A stretch of DNA of 64,000 bases, from assembly GCA_965248925.1 (NCBI GenBank), contig CBDFLE010000005.1, positions 2,016,001 through 2,080,000 on the forward strand. Reading direction: 5' to 3'. The notes beneath the pieces are model-generated. The model worked only from the letters and a program-made list of their open reading frames with translations, was not told the origin of the DNA and searched no databases. This DNA comes from Candidatus Multivoradales bacterium. GTDB taxonomy: Bacteria > Acidobacteriota > Thermoanaerobaculia > Multivoradales > J023. A program made the position numbers and the translations under genes. This document shows positions 1-9,767 of this stretch, one piece after another. How positions within the stretch are numbered: the stretch's first letter is position 1; each line of letters opens with the position of its first letter.

Positions 1-2
1 CC

Positions 3-2327
3 TGCGCCGTCGATCCGCCGCCACCAGCACCGCCGGTGCAAGCGCTGCTCGATCTGTGGCCGCGAGTCACTGTCGAATCGCCAACCCCGGCACAGCCTCG
101 ACAGCGCAGCGAGATCCGTTTTGATGGCTCAGGGACCCTCGACGCGAGCTTTGACGCCCAACAAGGGATCGACGGACTCGAAGTGCGCGCCGGACGCCTG
201 GTGGGACGCAGCAACTCGACCTCCCCGGCTCTGCTGCTGGAGTTCCCGGCGCCGGTGGGAGGCGGCGACCAACTGTTCGCCGTCGAGCTGCGCCTGCGCG
301 TCTCGGCGGGTAGCCGCGGCGCCGTCCAGCCAGTGCTGCAACCCGGCCCGCCGCTGCCGGCGGTGCTCGGCCGGATCGACGCTTGGCCGGTCTCGAGCGC
401 TCTTTTGCCCGGCGAGGAAATGCACAGCTACCGGGTGATGCTCGACCACGTCTTTCTACTAGAAACGCCCACCGCCACCGCCGATATTCGCCAGATCCTG
501 ATCCGGCCTACCGATGTCGCGGGGGCCGAGTTCGAGATCGAATCGCTGCGCCTAGTGTTCGACCGCGAGCGCCTTGCCGCGCTCGACTCCGGACCCGGCT
601 GGCACGGCCTGGGGGAGATCTTCCGCGAAACCTTGGTGGCGCGAGCGCCCGAGAGCCTACGTTTCGACCTCACTTTGCCTGAGCGGCCGGTGCTACTGCT
701 TGCCGTCGGCACAGTGGAAGATCCGTCGCCGAGCTTTCGCATCAGCGTGGCACGCCCCGGAACCCCGCCCGTAATCATCGCCGAGCTACGGCCAGCGGCT
801 GGGCTTTGGCTGCCGAGCCGAGTCGATCTGGCGGCCTGGGCCAGTCAGCGAGTCGAGCTGCGGCTGGAGGCCAGCGCCGAGAAAGCCGGCACTCTGGCGC
901 TGTGGGGAGCGCCCACCGTGCGCCAGGCCAGCGCCCCCGATCCGGCTGCTGAACGCCCGCAAGCGGTGGTGGTCTTCCTCGCCGACACCCTGCGCGCCGA
1001 CCACCTGCAAGCTTGGGGCTACGAGCGTGACACCGCACCTCATCTGACCCGGCTGGCCAGCGAGGGAGTGCGCTTCGCGCTGGCCATCTCCCAAGCTACC
1101 TGGACCAAAGGATCAGTTTCGTCGATCCTCACTTCGCTCTACCCTTCGACCACCGGCGTCGTCGATTTGCATGACCGCATTGCCGCCGGCGAAACCACTC
1201 TCGCCGAGGCTTTTCGGGCGGGCGGTTATGCCACCTTCGCCACCTCCTCGGTGCCGTTCACCGGCCAGCTGACCAACCTTCACCAAGGGGTCGAAGTGCT
1301 GCATGAGACCGGTTCGATCCCCAGCAGTCCGAGTGGTTTCAATTCGAAAACCGCCGACACCTGGGTCGAACGCTACCTCTCCTGGTTGCAGCTCCATCAC
1401 GACCTGCCGACCTTCGCTTTCATCCACGTCATGGATCCGCACAGTCCGTTCCGACCCCGTGCCCCGTTCGATGGCATGTGGGCCAACGAAGCCGACGCCG
1501 AAAGCTTCGCTGAGCAGGCGGAGCAGGTCCGGCCGCTGATCGAGAATCCTCTATTGCGCCGTTTCATGGCGCCGAGCGGTGAAGAACTGGCTGCCGCCGG
1601 GGTCGACGCCAGTAGTTTCGTCGCCCACGAGCAGGCCTGGTATGACGGCTCGATCCGCGGCCTCGACGAGGCTTTCGGCAGACTCTTGGCGGGCCTTGAA
1701 CTACAGGGCCTCAGGGGCAGCACCCTACTCGCCTTCCTCTCCGACCACGGCGAGGAATTTCTTGAGCACGGCAATCATTGGCATGGCCATTCGGTGTACG
1801 GCGAAGTGACCCATGTGCCGTGGGTGCTGTGGGGCCACGGTATCGATCGGCCGCAGGTGGTCGAGCACCCCGTCGAGACCCTCGACCTGATGCCGACCCT
1901 ACTCGACCTCGCTGGCCTAGAAGTCCCACCACGGGCCCAGGGCAGCAGCCTGGCAGCGCTGCTCGCCAGCACTGGAGCGACCACTGAAAAGCACGCCCTG
2001 GAATCGGCCCCGGCCTTTTCCGAACACACTGAACCCGGCCCCAAGGGCCCATCCAGCTACGCCATGTACGACCGCGGTTGGAAGCTGATCTGGCATCGCA
2101 ACCCGGCGCCGGGCAACCCCGAAGTCGAACTCTTCGATCCGGTTACCGACCCCCTCGACCAGCACGATGTCGCGGCCGAGAATCCGGCGGTGGTCGCTAG
2201 CTTCCGCCCGGCCATCGAACGTTGGCTGAGCTGGGCCGAAAGCCAGCGCCTCGACCCTGAGGCCGAGCAGGCGGCGCTCAGCGCCGAGGATCTGGAACGG
2301 CTGCGCAGCCTGGGGTACGTGAACTAG
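3..2327 (+). CDS. Sulfatase-like / alkaline phosphatase superfamily protein with N-terminal beta-rich domains, 5' end outside the window
   Basis: The frame is open from position 3. Motifs LADTLRADHL, HVMDPHSP, YDGSI, LSDHGEEF..HGH and TLDLMPT are present, and the C-terminus is the typical LERLRSLGYV. Confidence 0.85.
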   Translation, partial: CAVDPPPPAPPVQALLDLWPRVTVESPTPAQPRQRSEIRFDGSGTLDASFDAQQGIDGLEVRAGRLVGRSNSTSPALLLEFPAPVGGGDQLFAVELRLRVSAGSRGAVQPVLQPGPPLPAVLGRIDAWPVSSALLPGEEMHSYRVMLDHVFLLETPTATADIRQILIRPTDVAGAEFEIESLRLVFDRERLAALDSGPGWHGLGEIFRETLVARAPESLRFDLTLPERPVLLLAVGTVEDPSPSFRISVARPGTPPVIIAELRPAAGLWLPSRVDLAAWASQRVELRLEASAEKAGTLALWGAPTVRQASAPDPAAERPQAVVVFLADTLRADHLQAWGYERDTAPHLTRLASEGVRFALAISQATWTKGSVSSILTSLYPSTTGVVDLHDRIAAGETTLAEAFRAGGYATFATSSVPFTGQLTNLHQGVEVLHETGSIPSSPSGFNSKTADTWVERYLSWLQLHHDLPTFAFIHVMDPHSPFRPRAPFDGMWANEADAESFAEQAEQVRPLIENPLLRRFMAPSGEELAAAGVDASSFVAHEQAWYDGSIRGLDEAFGRLLAGLELQGLRGSTLLAFLSDHGEEFLEHGNHWHGHSVYGEVTHVPWVLWGHGIDRPQVVEHPVETLDLMPTLLDLAGLEVPPRAQGSSLAALLASTGATTEKHALESAPAFSEHTEPGPKGPSSYAMYDRGWKLIWHRNPAPGNPEVELFDPVTDPLDQHDVAAENPAVVASFRPAIERWLSWAESQRLDPEAEQAALSAEDLERLRSLGYVN

Positions 2328-2334
2328 CTGCCTG

Positions 2335-2386
2335 AAAAAGACCGCCGAGCATATTCCCTGCTGAGTTGGGAGGACGCTCGGTGGTC
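2335..2386 (-). terminator. Putative intrinsic terminator for the 2396-3127 gene
   Basis: gaccgccgagc (2340-2350) pairs with gctcggtggtc (2376-2386). The adjacent A5 run reads as U5 on the minus strand. It lies between convergent genes. Confidence 0.5.
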
Positions 2387-2395
2387 AGCGATACC

Positions 2396-3127
2396 TCAAG
2401 TCGGGTCGTCGTGAATCACGGCACACAGTGGGCAGGAACGCGGCATGCTGCTGCAGCCGGTTCCACTGCCCGTATCCTCATTGACGTAGATCACATTGTC
2501 GGCTTTGCTGATCGCCCAAGCCGAGGCGTAGGACGAACAGGCCGAGTAGCCGCCAGTCAGCTGAATCGTCGAGGCCGCCAAGCCCCAACCCGCCACTAGG
2601 TCGTCGCGGACGTAGTTGGTCTGGGTTCGCTGCCCACAGTCGCGGCTAGCCTGAGAAAAAGCGTAGAGGCTGAACGGACCGGTGCAGTTGCCGTTGTTGA
2701 TCGCATAGGCATTGGCCGATGCCTGATTGCCGCATGCCAGCGCCTGGGTGAAGCCAGTACCACCGTAGTCTGCGCCTTGGGTGCAAGCCGCCGTCGCCTC
2801 GGCGCCACTGCCACTGAGTTCGCGCACCTGATCGAGCAGGGATGCCAAAGCCGAAACCAACTGGAAGGACTCCTCGGTCGGACTGGCCAGGTGAAGATCC
2901 TTGGCACGGGCTTGCCGTGCTGCCACCAGCGGCGTGATCTTGGCCATGCCAGCGCTGCTTCGGGCTAGATACTCCGTAGTGCGGTCCCCTTCGCGACTGT
3001 AGAAACCTTCTGCCTCCTGGGTCCAGCCCTCGGCGGGACTCTGAGCCAACACCATTGGACTGAAGCAAAGTGCTGACAGCAGCAGCAAGGCCAGGATCTG
3101 CGGAGTTGCGGTTGTGGGTAAGTTCAT
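2396..3127 (-). CDS. Secreted hypothetical protein with a Cys/Gly/Ala-rich C-terminal domain
   Basis: Hydrophobic signal peptide (ILALLLLSALCFSPMVLA) and 8 Cys in the mature part. Confidence 0.7.
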   Translation of the reverse strand: MNLPTTATPQILALLLLSALCFSPMVLAQSPAEGWTQEAEGFYSREGDRTTEYLARSSAGMAKITPLVAARQARAKDLHLASPTEESFQLVSALASLLDQVRELSGSGAEATAACTQGADYGGTGFTQALACGNQASANAYAINNGNCTGPFSLYAFSQASRDCGQRTQTNYVRDDLVAGWGLAASTIQLTGGYSACSSYASAWAISKADNVIYVNEDTGSGTGCSSMPRSCPLCAVIHDDPT

Positions 3128-3446
3128 CGGTCGTTCCTCATGGTAGTTGCCTCATCGAAGAAGCGTGGTGTTCGTCACTGGGGAACGCGCAATGAGGGGA
3201 CCTGGTGGCTCACCAGGGTTTGTCGGCCGGCGGCGAATCGGCTGAACCAGCGCTACAACTTCCCGAGAATTTGTCACGACGTTGATCCCGATGCCGAGTC
3301 AATTCGCGCCTTCCGAGACAAGCAGCGCACGACTGAAACAGCGGCCAATCATCGGAGTCCGGTTCACCTGCAGGCCGAAGTTGACCGAAGTTTTCATGGA
3401 CCGCGCTTCAGCGTCCGTTGGGAATGTCAGACAAAGGAGGCAATCG

Positions 3447-6104
3447 ATGTCGTTGAGTAGCAGGACTTATCGCTACGGAACCAGATTTCGGTCCCTGGCA
3501 ATGCTCGCCGTTTTTCTGCCCGCGCCGATCGCAGCGCAGTCAGGAAGGGAGGCGATAGAGTTCATATTGCCAGAAGTTGCGACTTACCAAACCCTCGTAC
3601 CTCACCTGAAGATGCTCAACGAATTTGAGAGCCGGCGCCGCTTGAATACATTTTTCGACAACGAGCAGCCACTTTTCCGTGGTGCTCAGGTAGGCTTTGT
3701 CAACGTCGGCGCGGGGAACCTCACTTTCACTCGCCGCGACCTAGTCGCCGTCGGCCGGATGCCGCTGCTGTTGGCACGGGTCTATGATTCCTCCCTTGAG
3801 ATCGACGGCGGCTTCGGTAAGGGCTGGCATCTAGCAGCGGCTGAATCGATCGTCGTCGAGGGTCATGCTTCGGCTAGCTTGCAAGACGAATCCGGAGTTT
3901 GGGCCCCTTTCATTCGCCAGGGTGAGCAATGGGTTGCCGAGCGCCCCGCGCCCACCGATATCACCGACTTTCGCCAGCTTGATAGGCAGCATTTTCAGCT
4001 GCGCTTGAAAAGTGGTTTGACCAAGGAATTCAGCCGGGTCCAGACCCTCGACACCGCCAACTCGGCCAGCAGTGGGCGGTTCGTACTCAGCCGAGTGGTG
4101 GATCGTAACGGCAATGCGGCAAGGTTATCGTACAGCGGCGGCAAGCTGATTCGCCTGCAAGGTTCATCCGGCCGCGAGGTGATGATCTCCCGGGATCAGA
4201 GCGGACGAATCACCACCATCCGCGATGACCAGGGTCGCAGCGTCGACTATCGCTACGATAACCGCGGCTTGTTGAACGAGGTGATCGATATCGGTGGCAA
4301 CACTTGGCACTATGAGTACGATCCACACGCTCGCCTGATTAAAGTGATCGATCCCATCCCTTTGGCAAATTTGCGGGCGCGCTACGACCCCCAAGGGCGG
4401 GTGATCGAGCTGAAGATCCCCAGCGCAAGATACGAGTTCGCCTACAGCGCCGGCAAGACCTTGGTCGCCGATGCCGCGGGTCGACGCAGCGAATATCACC
4501 AGAACGCCGAGGGTATTACCACCATGGTGCGCAACGCCCTCGGCATCGAGACTCGCATCGAACTCGGGGTGAATAACCTTGTTCGCCGCCTATGGCGCGG
4601 CGGAGTGCTCCAATCCGAGCTCAAGTACGACCGCCGGGGCCGCTTGGTCGCTCTCCACCAGTCGGATGGCGAGGCCACCAAGGAACGTACCTACTCCTAC
4701 AACAAGGCGGGCCTGCTGGCGAGAATCGCCGGTGACTTCGAGCTGGCTCTCGAATATGACTCGCGGGGAAACCTGACCGAACGCCGTGACGCCGCGGGCC
4801 GGACTACTTACGGCTATAGCAAGCTGGGGGACCTGATCTCCCTGCAACGTCCGGCGCTGCTCACCTCGACCTCGGTGCCGGGAAAACGTTCGGCCGGCCC
4901 CACGTACCACTTCGGATTCGATCGGGACGGCCAGATCACCTCGGTGGTCGGCCCGCGAGGGAAGACCGCCCTGCGCTACCACTCTGACGGCAAGCTGCTC
5001 GCAGCTCGCTTCGCGGACGGCTCCGCGCAGACCTTCGACTACGACGGTCTGGGAATGCGCCTGGCGCGTCACTACGACGATGGCGGTGAGGTGGAGTATG
5101 AGTACAGCAGCGTCGGCAATATCCTCGACGTGCGGGTGACCACCGCGGATGGGCTGAGCGGCGGCCAGGCCCAGATCCTCGATCAGGACCAGCGGGTGAC
5201 GAGGGTGCAGGACAGCACCGGCCGGGAAATGACGATCTCCTACGATCAAGTCGGCAACGTCACCATGTTGCGTCACCGCCAAGGGGCTAGCCTGTTCCGC
5301 TACGACTCCCTCAACCGACTCTCCGAGGTGGTGACTCCCGAAGGCCGCTGGCTTGGCTACACCTACGCCAAGGGAGAAGCTGATCTGCGGGTGCAAGCGG
5401 ATCGCAAGACCCGCGGAATCCCCGCTGCCAGGATCTCCTCCGGGCTCACCTTCGCCCCGAGTAGCGAGGTGCTCTACAGCCGCACTACCCGCAGCGACTT
5501 TGGTCCGGTAAACCTCGACTCGGCACTGGCCGAGTACCAGCTGACCACTGAAGCCGGTCCGGTGCTGCCGAATGCAGTGCTCCTCCAAGCCCTGGCTAGG
5601 ACTCGGCTTCTCGACGCCAAGCCGAGCGGAGCCCAGAACTTTGCCGAACCCTCCAACGTGCTCTTCGTACCGCCGGAATATGCCTCGCTGAACTGCTGTA
5701 TCCCACTACCTTGGTGCTCTTTCTGCGATCCCAACCCCCGCGGGCGCTGCTTTGTCGATCCCGGCGGTGGAGGCGGCGGCGGTGGTGGCAGCTTGCCGGT
5801 TGATTTCCCTACCTGCTGCGCCGTCGAGTGCGGCAAGTGTCAAACCGCAGGAACCACGGCGAGAAACAATGCGCTAATTCTGTTCATCGCCGCCGAGGGC
5901 GCCTGTCAGGCGGCGGTATGCGCAACCAACGGCCAGGGTTCGGCTCAGTGCATCGCCTGCCAGGCTACGGCACTGACCCTCTACCTGCTGAGGCTGCAAA
6001 ACGCCGACAGTACATGTGGCAGCTGCGTCGGCGCCAGAACCAACATCTGCCGTGCCCAGGTTTCCGGTTCCTCTACTCTGAACTGCGGAGCCTGTTCGTG
6101 TTAG
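3447..6104 (+). CDS. YD/RHS-repeat protein with a DUF6531-like N-terminal region and a Cys-rich C-terminus
   Basis: AAGGAGG at 3434-3440 precedes the in-frame ATG at 3447. VNVGAGNL..DL..LARVYDS..GFGKGW is DUF6531-like, followed by many YD repeats (YRYDNRG, YEYDPH, YDRRG, FRYDSLNR). Confidence 0.85.
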   Translation: MSLSSRTYRYGTRFRSLAMLAVFLPAPIAAQSGREAIEFILPEVATYQTLVPHLKMLNEFESRRRLNTFFDNEQPLFRGAQVGFVNVGAGNLTFTRRDLVAVGRMPLLLARVYDSSLEIDGGFGKGWHLAAAESIVVEGHASASLQDESGVWAPFIRQGEQWVAERPAPTDITDFRQLDRQHFQLRLKSGLTKEFSRVQTLDTANSASSGRFVLSRVVDRNGNAARLSYSGGKLIRLQGSSGREVMISRDQSGRITTIRDDQGRSVDYRYDNRGLLNEVIDIGGNTWHYEYDPHARLIKVIDPIPLANLRARYDPQGRVIELKIPSARYEFAYSAGKTLVADAAGRRSEYHQNAEGITTMVRNALGIETRIELGVNNLVRRLWRGGVLQSELKYDRRGRLVALHQSDGEATKERTYSYNKAGLLARIAGDFELALEYDSRGNLTERRDAAGRTTYGYSKLGDLISLQRPALLTSTSVPGKRSAGPTYHFGFDRDGQITSVVGPRGKTALRYHSDGKLLAARFADGSAQTFDYDGLGMRLARHYDDGGEVEYEYSSVGNILDVRVTTADGLSGGQAQILDQDQRVTRVQDSTGREMTISYDQVGNVTMLRHRQGASLFRYDSLNRLSEVVTPEGRWLGYTYAKGEADLRVQADRKTRGIPAARISSGLTFAPSSEVLYSRTTRSDFGPVNLDSALAEYQLTTEAGPVLPNAVLLQALARTRLLDAKPSGAQNFAEPSNVLFVPPEYASLNCCIPLPWCSFCDPNPRGRCFVDPGGGGGGGGGSLPVDFPTCCAVECGKCQTAGTTARNNALILFIAAEGACQAAVCATNGQGSAQCIACQATALTLYLLRLQNADSTCGSCVGARTNICRAQVSGSSTLNCGACSC

Positions 6105-6215
6105 GTCGGCTCCTCACCGACGCCACTTACCCGATCCGCTGCTCGACAGCGCGAGAGAGGTGCCATAGCACTTGCGCCGCCATTCGACGAACTTGATTTC
6201 CACAGAGGTCTGCGA

Positions 6216-6518
6216 ATGTTAAGAAGAAACTCAGTCACGTATCTTCGTTGGGTCGCCGTCTTGACCGGTTCCACCGCCTTCCTGGTGACCGCCGCCCTGC
6301 AAGTCGCCCAACCCCAACCCGCCGCGGCCAACCCCTGGACTCGCGGCGGCAACTGGACGATCAGCTTCGTCAACCCTTGTATCTCGCCGAAGGTCTGTGC
6401 CGATTGGTATGACTCCAGGGGCTATGTCGGCTCCTGTTGCCTGTCGACAGAGGCGGTGGATTCCGGCAGCCTGGACGCCTGTGCCAGCGGTTTGCGGCCA
6501 CGGGCGCTGTTGCCCTGA
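6216..6518 (+). CDS. Small exported Cys-containing protein, possible partner of the RHS protein
   Basis: Signal peptide ending PAAA, 5 Cys in the mature part, directly downstream of the RHS gene. Confidence 0.55.
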   Translation: MLRRNSVTYLRWVAVLTGSTAFLVTAALQVAQPQPAAANPWTRGGNWTISFVNPCISPKVCADWYDSRGYVGSCCLSTEAVDSGSLDACASGLRPRALLP

Positions 6519-6533
6519 GCCGAGGATCGCCGA

Positions 6534-9095
6534 TCAGTCGCCGTCCGGTAGAGGAAGGTCCAGGTCTTCTGCCAGGCGGCCTCGGACCTCATCGAGATCC
6601 GCCAACCGAGTCGCTGCACGGCGGGTTCGTCGATGGGTCGAGCCGAGCTGTTGCTCGAGAATCCGATGGCTTCGCTCGAGCAGCAGCGCGGCTTCTTGGT
6701 AGCGTCCTTGCACCATCAGACACTCCCCCAACGCCCCTTCCGCCAGGGCCAGGAAAGGACTGTCGGCTGCCAGGCGTTGGCGCCAACCGACGAGAAATCC
6801 TCGCAGCAGCTGCTCCGCCGCTGGCGCCTCGCCGCTCTCATTGAGCGCCGCCGCCAAGCCAACCGCCGAGCGCAAGGTGTGGGAATGATCTCGGCCCAGC
6901 AATCGACTGGAGAGTTCGAGCGCCTCGCGGTAGCTCTGCTCGGCGGCCTCAAGCTCGCCCCGCTCGCGCAGCACCGCGCCCAGGTTGGCCAGGCTGTGGA
7001 CCACCGCGGGATGCTCCCCGGCGTAGATCCGCCGCCGCAGAGACAGCACCTCACGATGGATCTCCTCTGCCGCGGGAAGATCCCGCTGGCGATGCAGGGC
7101 CACCGCCAGGTTGTTCAAGATGTTAGCCACTTGAGGACTATCGTCCCCCAGCAAGTAACGCTGCACGCGGAGACTCTCGCGATACATCTCGACCGCGGTC
7201 TGCTGATCACCTAGCTGACTCGCCAGGTAGGCTCGGTTGGTAACCGCAGCGGCAAGTTCCGGGTCGACCTCGCCGAGCAGCTGACGGGCCTTGGCGAGGG
7301 CTTCGGTGGAAGCTACCAGGGCGTTGTCGAAGTCCTCCCGATAGCACTGCACGGTGACTAGATTATTGAGCGGCTTGATAATTCCAGGATGTTCATTGCC
7401 CAAGCGCTGGCGACTCAGCGCCAGAGCTTGACGGGCAAGTTCTTCGGCTCGCTCATAGCTACCCTGCTCGCGCAGCGCGGCGCTCAAAGCCCGTAGGCCG
7501 TCAGCGGCCTCCGCCGAGTCTGCACCATAGAGTTCGCGGCGCAGATCGAGAGAGCGGCGCAAGTGCAGCTCGGCCTCCACCGGCAGCCCTAGATTGAGGT
7601 AGATGGTGCCGATAGTGCCGCGCAGTGTGGCATCGACATAGGGCTGGCCGCCAAGCCGCCGATCGATCAGCTCGCCCCCCCGGTCGAGGGCCTGGCGCAC
7701 GGTCATTTCAGGGTCCCCTTCTTCCGGATCCGCCGCCTTAAAAATCTCCTCGACCAGGCCGATGATCTCGGTTTTCTGATCGCGATCGAGTCGTGCTTGA
7801 TCGCGCTCCTGCGCCAACCGCACCGATTGCTCGACCAGCAGCCAGCCGAACAGCACCATCATGCTGGCCAGCAACAAGGCCGCCAGAATCGCCCACCGAC
7901 GACGACGCAACAGCATGCCTAGCAAGTAGGGCGGAGTCCGTGGGCGAGCCACTACCGGCCAGTGGTCTAGTGAGCGCTGGAGATCTGCGGCCAGCTCTGC
8001 GGCCGAGCCGTAGCGCCGCTGAGCCACATTGTCGAGCGCCTTGGCGACGATGGCGTCTAGGTCGCCCCGCAATAAACGGTGCAGCTGCTTCGGCGAAGCC
8101 GAGCGCGCGCGGCTGATCACCGCTAACTCAGCAGCAGGAACGGAGGTCGAGCCGGGGGCGAAGACCCGGCTCGGCAGACAGCTCTCCGCAGTCGCCAACA
8201 ACTGATCGATCTGCTGCCGCGACAGCCCTTCGTAGCGACGCGGCAAGCAGCCGGTGAGCAGTTGGTGCAACAACACGCCGAGGGAGTAGACGTCGCTAGC
8301 AGTGGTCACCGGCTGGCCGCGCAGCTGTTCCGGACTGGCGTAGTGCGGGGTCAGCACACCGAGTCTGTGGGAGGCAGTCTCGGCATCGCGCGCCACCAGA
8401 TCCGGCTTGAGTACCTTGGCGATACCAAAATCTAGCAGTCGCGGCTCACCAACGGCATTGACTAGAATATTCGACGGCTTGAGATCGCGATGCACCACCA
8501 GGTTTTGATGGGCATAATGCACCGCAGCACAGACCTTGGCGAACAACCGCAAGCGATCGGTGAGCGAGAGCTCATTGTGATCGCAGTAGGTTTCAATCGG
8601 TAGACCCTCGACATACTCCATCACAAAGTACGGCAGACCCTCGCTGGTGGTGCCACCATCGTAGATCTTGGCGATGTAGGGATGATCGAGGCCGGCTAGT
8701 ATCTGTCGTTCGGCGCGCAAATGCTCGGCAAGTTGGCTATTGCCGAATCCCCAAGGAATGATCTTGATCGCCACCTGGCGCTTGAAGACATCGTCATCAC
8801 GCAGCCCGAGATAGACCGTGCTCATGCCCCCTCGTCCTACTCTGTGCAGTATGCGGTAGGGGCCGAGCCGGCTGGCGGTGAGAGGTAGCGCCGACTCGGT
8901 GGACTCCGTTTCGCCCCTCAGCAGCCCTTCCATCACTGAGCCGGCCGAGTCTGCATCGAGTAACGACTCGACCGCATGGCGCAAAGCGGCGTCGTCGTCG
9001 CAGACCCGGTCAAGGGCCGGTCGGCGTTCCTCGACCGGCAGCTCAACCACTTGGTCAAAGATCTCGTAGAGTCGCTGCCAGCGCTCAGAGCTCAA
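6534..9095 (-). CDS. Ser/Thr protein kinase with a transmembrane helix and C-terminal TPR repeats
   Basis: GRGGMSTVY, VAIK, HRDLKPSN, DFG, YASPE; a TM segment; TPR-like repeats (ANILNNLAVAL, HSLANLGAVL). Confidence 0.95.
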   Translation of the reverse strand: MSSERWQRLYEIFDQVVELPVEERRPALDRVCDDDAALRHAVESLLDADSAGSVMEGLLRGETESTESALPLTASRLGPYRILHRVGRGGMSTVYLGLRDDDVFKRQVAIKIIPWGFGNSQLAEHLRAERQILAGLDHPYIAKIYDGGTTSEGLPYFVMEYVEGLPIETYCDHNELSLTDRLRLFAKVCAAVHYAHQNLVVHRDLKPSNILVNAVGEPRLLDFGIAKVLKPDLVARDAETASHRLGVLTPHYASPEQLRGQPVTTASDVYSLGVLLHQLLTGCLPRRYEGLSRQQIDQLLATAESCLPSRVFAPGSTSVPAAELAVISRARSASPKQLHRLLRGDLDAIVAKALDNVAQRRYGSAAELAADLQRSLDHWPVVARPRTPPYLLGMLLRRRRWAILAALLLASMMVLFGWLLVEQSVRLAQERDQARLDRDQKTEIIGLVEEIFKAADPEEGDPEMTVRQALDRGGELIDRRLGGQPYVDATLRGTIGTIYLNLGLPVEAELHLRRSLDLRRELYGADSAEAADGLRALSAALREQGSYERAEELARQALALSRQRLGNEHPGIIKPLNNLVTVQCYREDFDNALVASTEALAKARQLLGEVDPELAAAVTNRAYLASQLGDQQTAVEMYRESLRVQRYLLGDDSPQVANILNNLAVALHRQRDLPAAEEIHREVLSLRRRIYAGEHPAVVHSLANLGAVLRERGELEAAEQSYREALELSSRLLGRDHSHTLRSAVGLAAALNESGEAPAAEQLLRGFLVGWRQRLAADSPFLALAEGALGECLMVQGRYQEAALLLERSHRILEQQLGSTHRRTRRAATRLADLDEVRGRLAEDLDLPLPDGD

Positions 9096-9678
9096 TCGTC
9101 ACCCCCTCCACCAAATAGCGATACAGCCACGCCTTGAGCACTCGCCAGCGACGGGTCACGGTGGCGCTCGAGATGCCCAGCACCGCACCGATTTCTTGTT
9201 TGTTGAGACCACCAAAGAAGCGTAGCTCGACCAGCCGCGCCAATTGCGAATCCTGGCGGTTCAGGTCAGTGAGAGCATCATCCAGAGCGAGCAAGTCGTC
9301 GGGCCGGCTGAGGTGGATCGGGTCGAGTTCGGCAAGCACCTCCAGCGACACCTTGCGCAACCTGCCGCCGCGTTTGACATAGGCGCGACCGCGGGCATGA
9401 TCGACAAGGATGCGGCGCATCATCCGCGCCGCCAGGGCAAAGAAGTGGCTGCTGTCCTGCCAATCAGCACCTTCGTGACGCACCAGCTTCAGGTAAAGCT
9501 CGTTGACCAATGCCAGAGTCTGCAACGTGTGGTCGGCACGCTCGTGACGCAAGTAGCCTGCCGCCAGCCGGCGTAGACGATCATGCACCAGCGGCATCAA
9601 GCGCACCAACGCCTCGCCATCACCGCCCCCCCAGGCGGCCAACAGCCCAGTGATGTCGCTGTTTGGAGCCTCTTCCAT
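9085..9678 (-). CDS. ECF sigma factor (TIGR02999-like, kinase-associated)
   Basis: ITGLLAAW, HTLQTLALVNELYLKL, MRRILVDHAR and VELRFFGGL; overlaps the kinase start. Confidence 0.92.
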   Translation of the reverse strand: MEEAPNSDITGLLAAWGGGDGEALVRLMPLVHDRLRRLAAGYLRHERADHTLQTLALVNELYLKLVRHEGADWQDSSHFFALAARMMRRILVDHARGRAYVKRGGRLRKVSLEVLAELDPIHLSRPDDLLALDDALTDLNRQDSQLARLVELRFFGGLNKQEIGAVLGISSATVTRRWRVLKAWLYRYLVEGVTIEL

Positions 9679-9767
9679 GGCAACCAGCCTATTGTAGCCG
9701 TGAATCGACCTAAGGGCCTGCTGCTGGTAAACGAGTCGCTACTGCCCGTAACCGCGGCGAAATCTGC

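Noticed and set aside
3282-3446. Upstream start of the RHS ORF
   Set aside because: A strong AAGGAGG RBS and the signal-peptide position favour the ATG at 3447.
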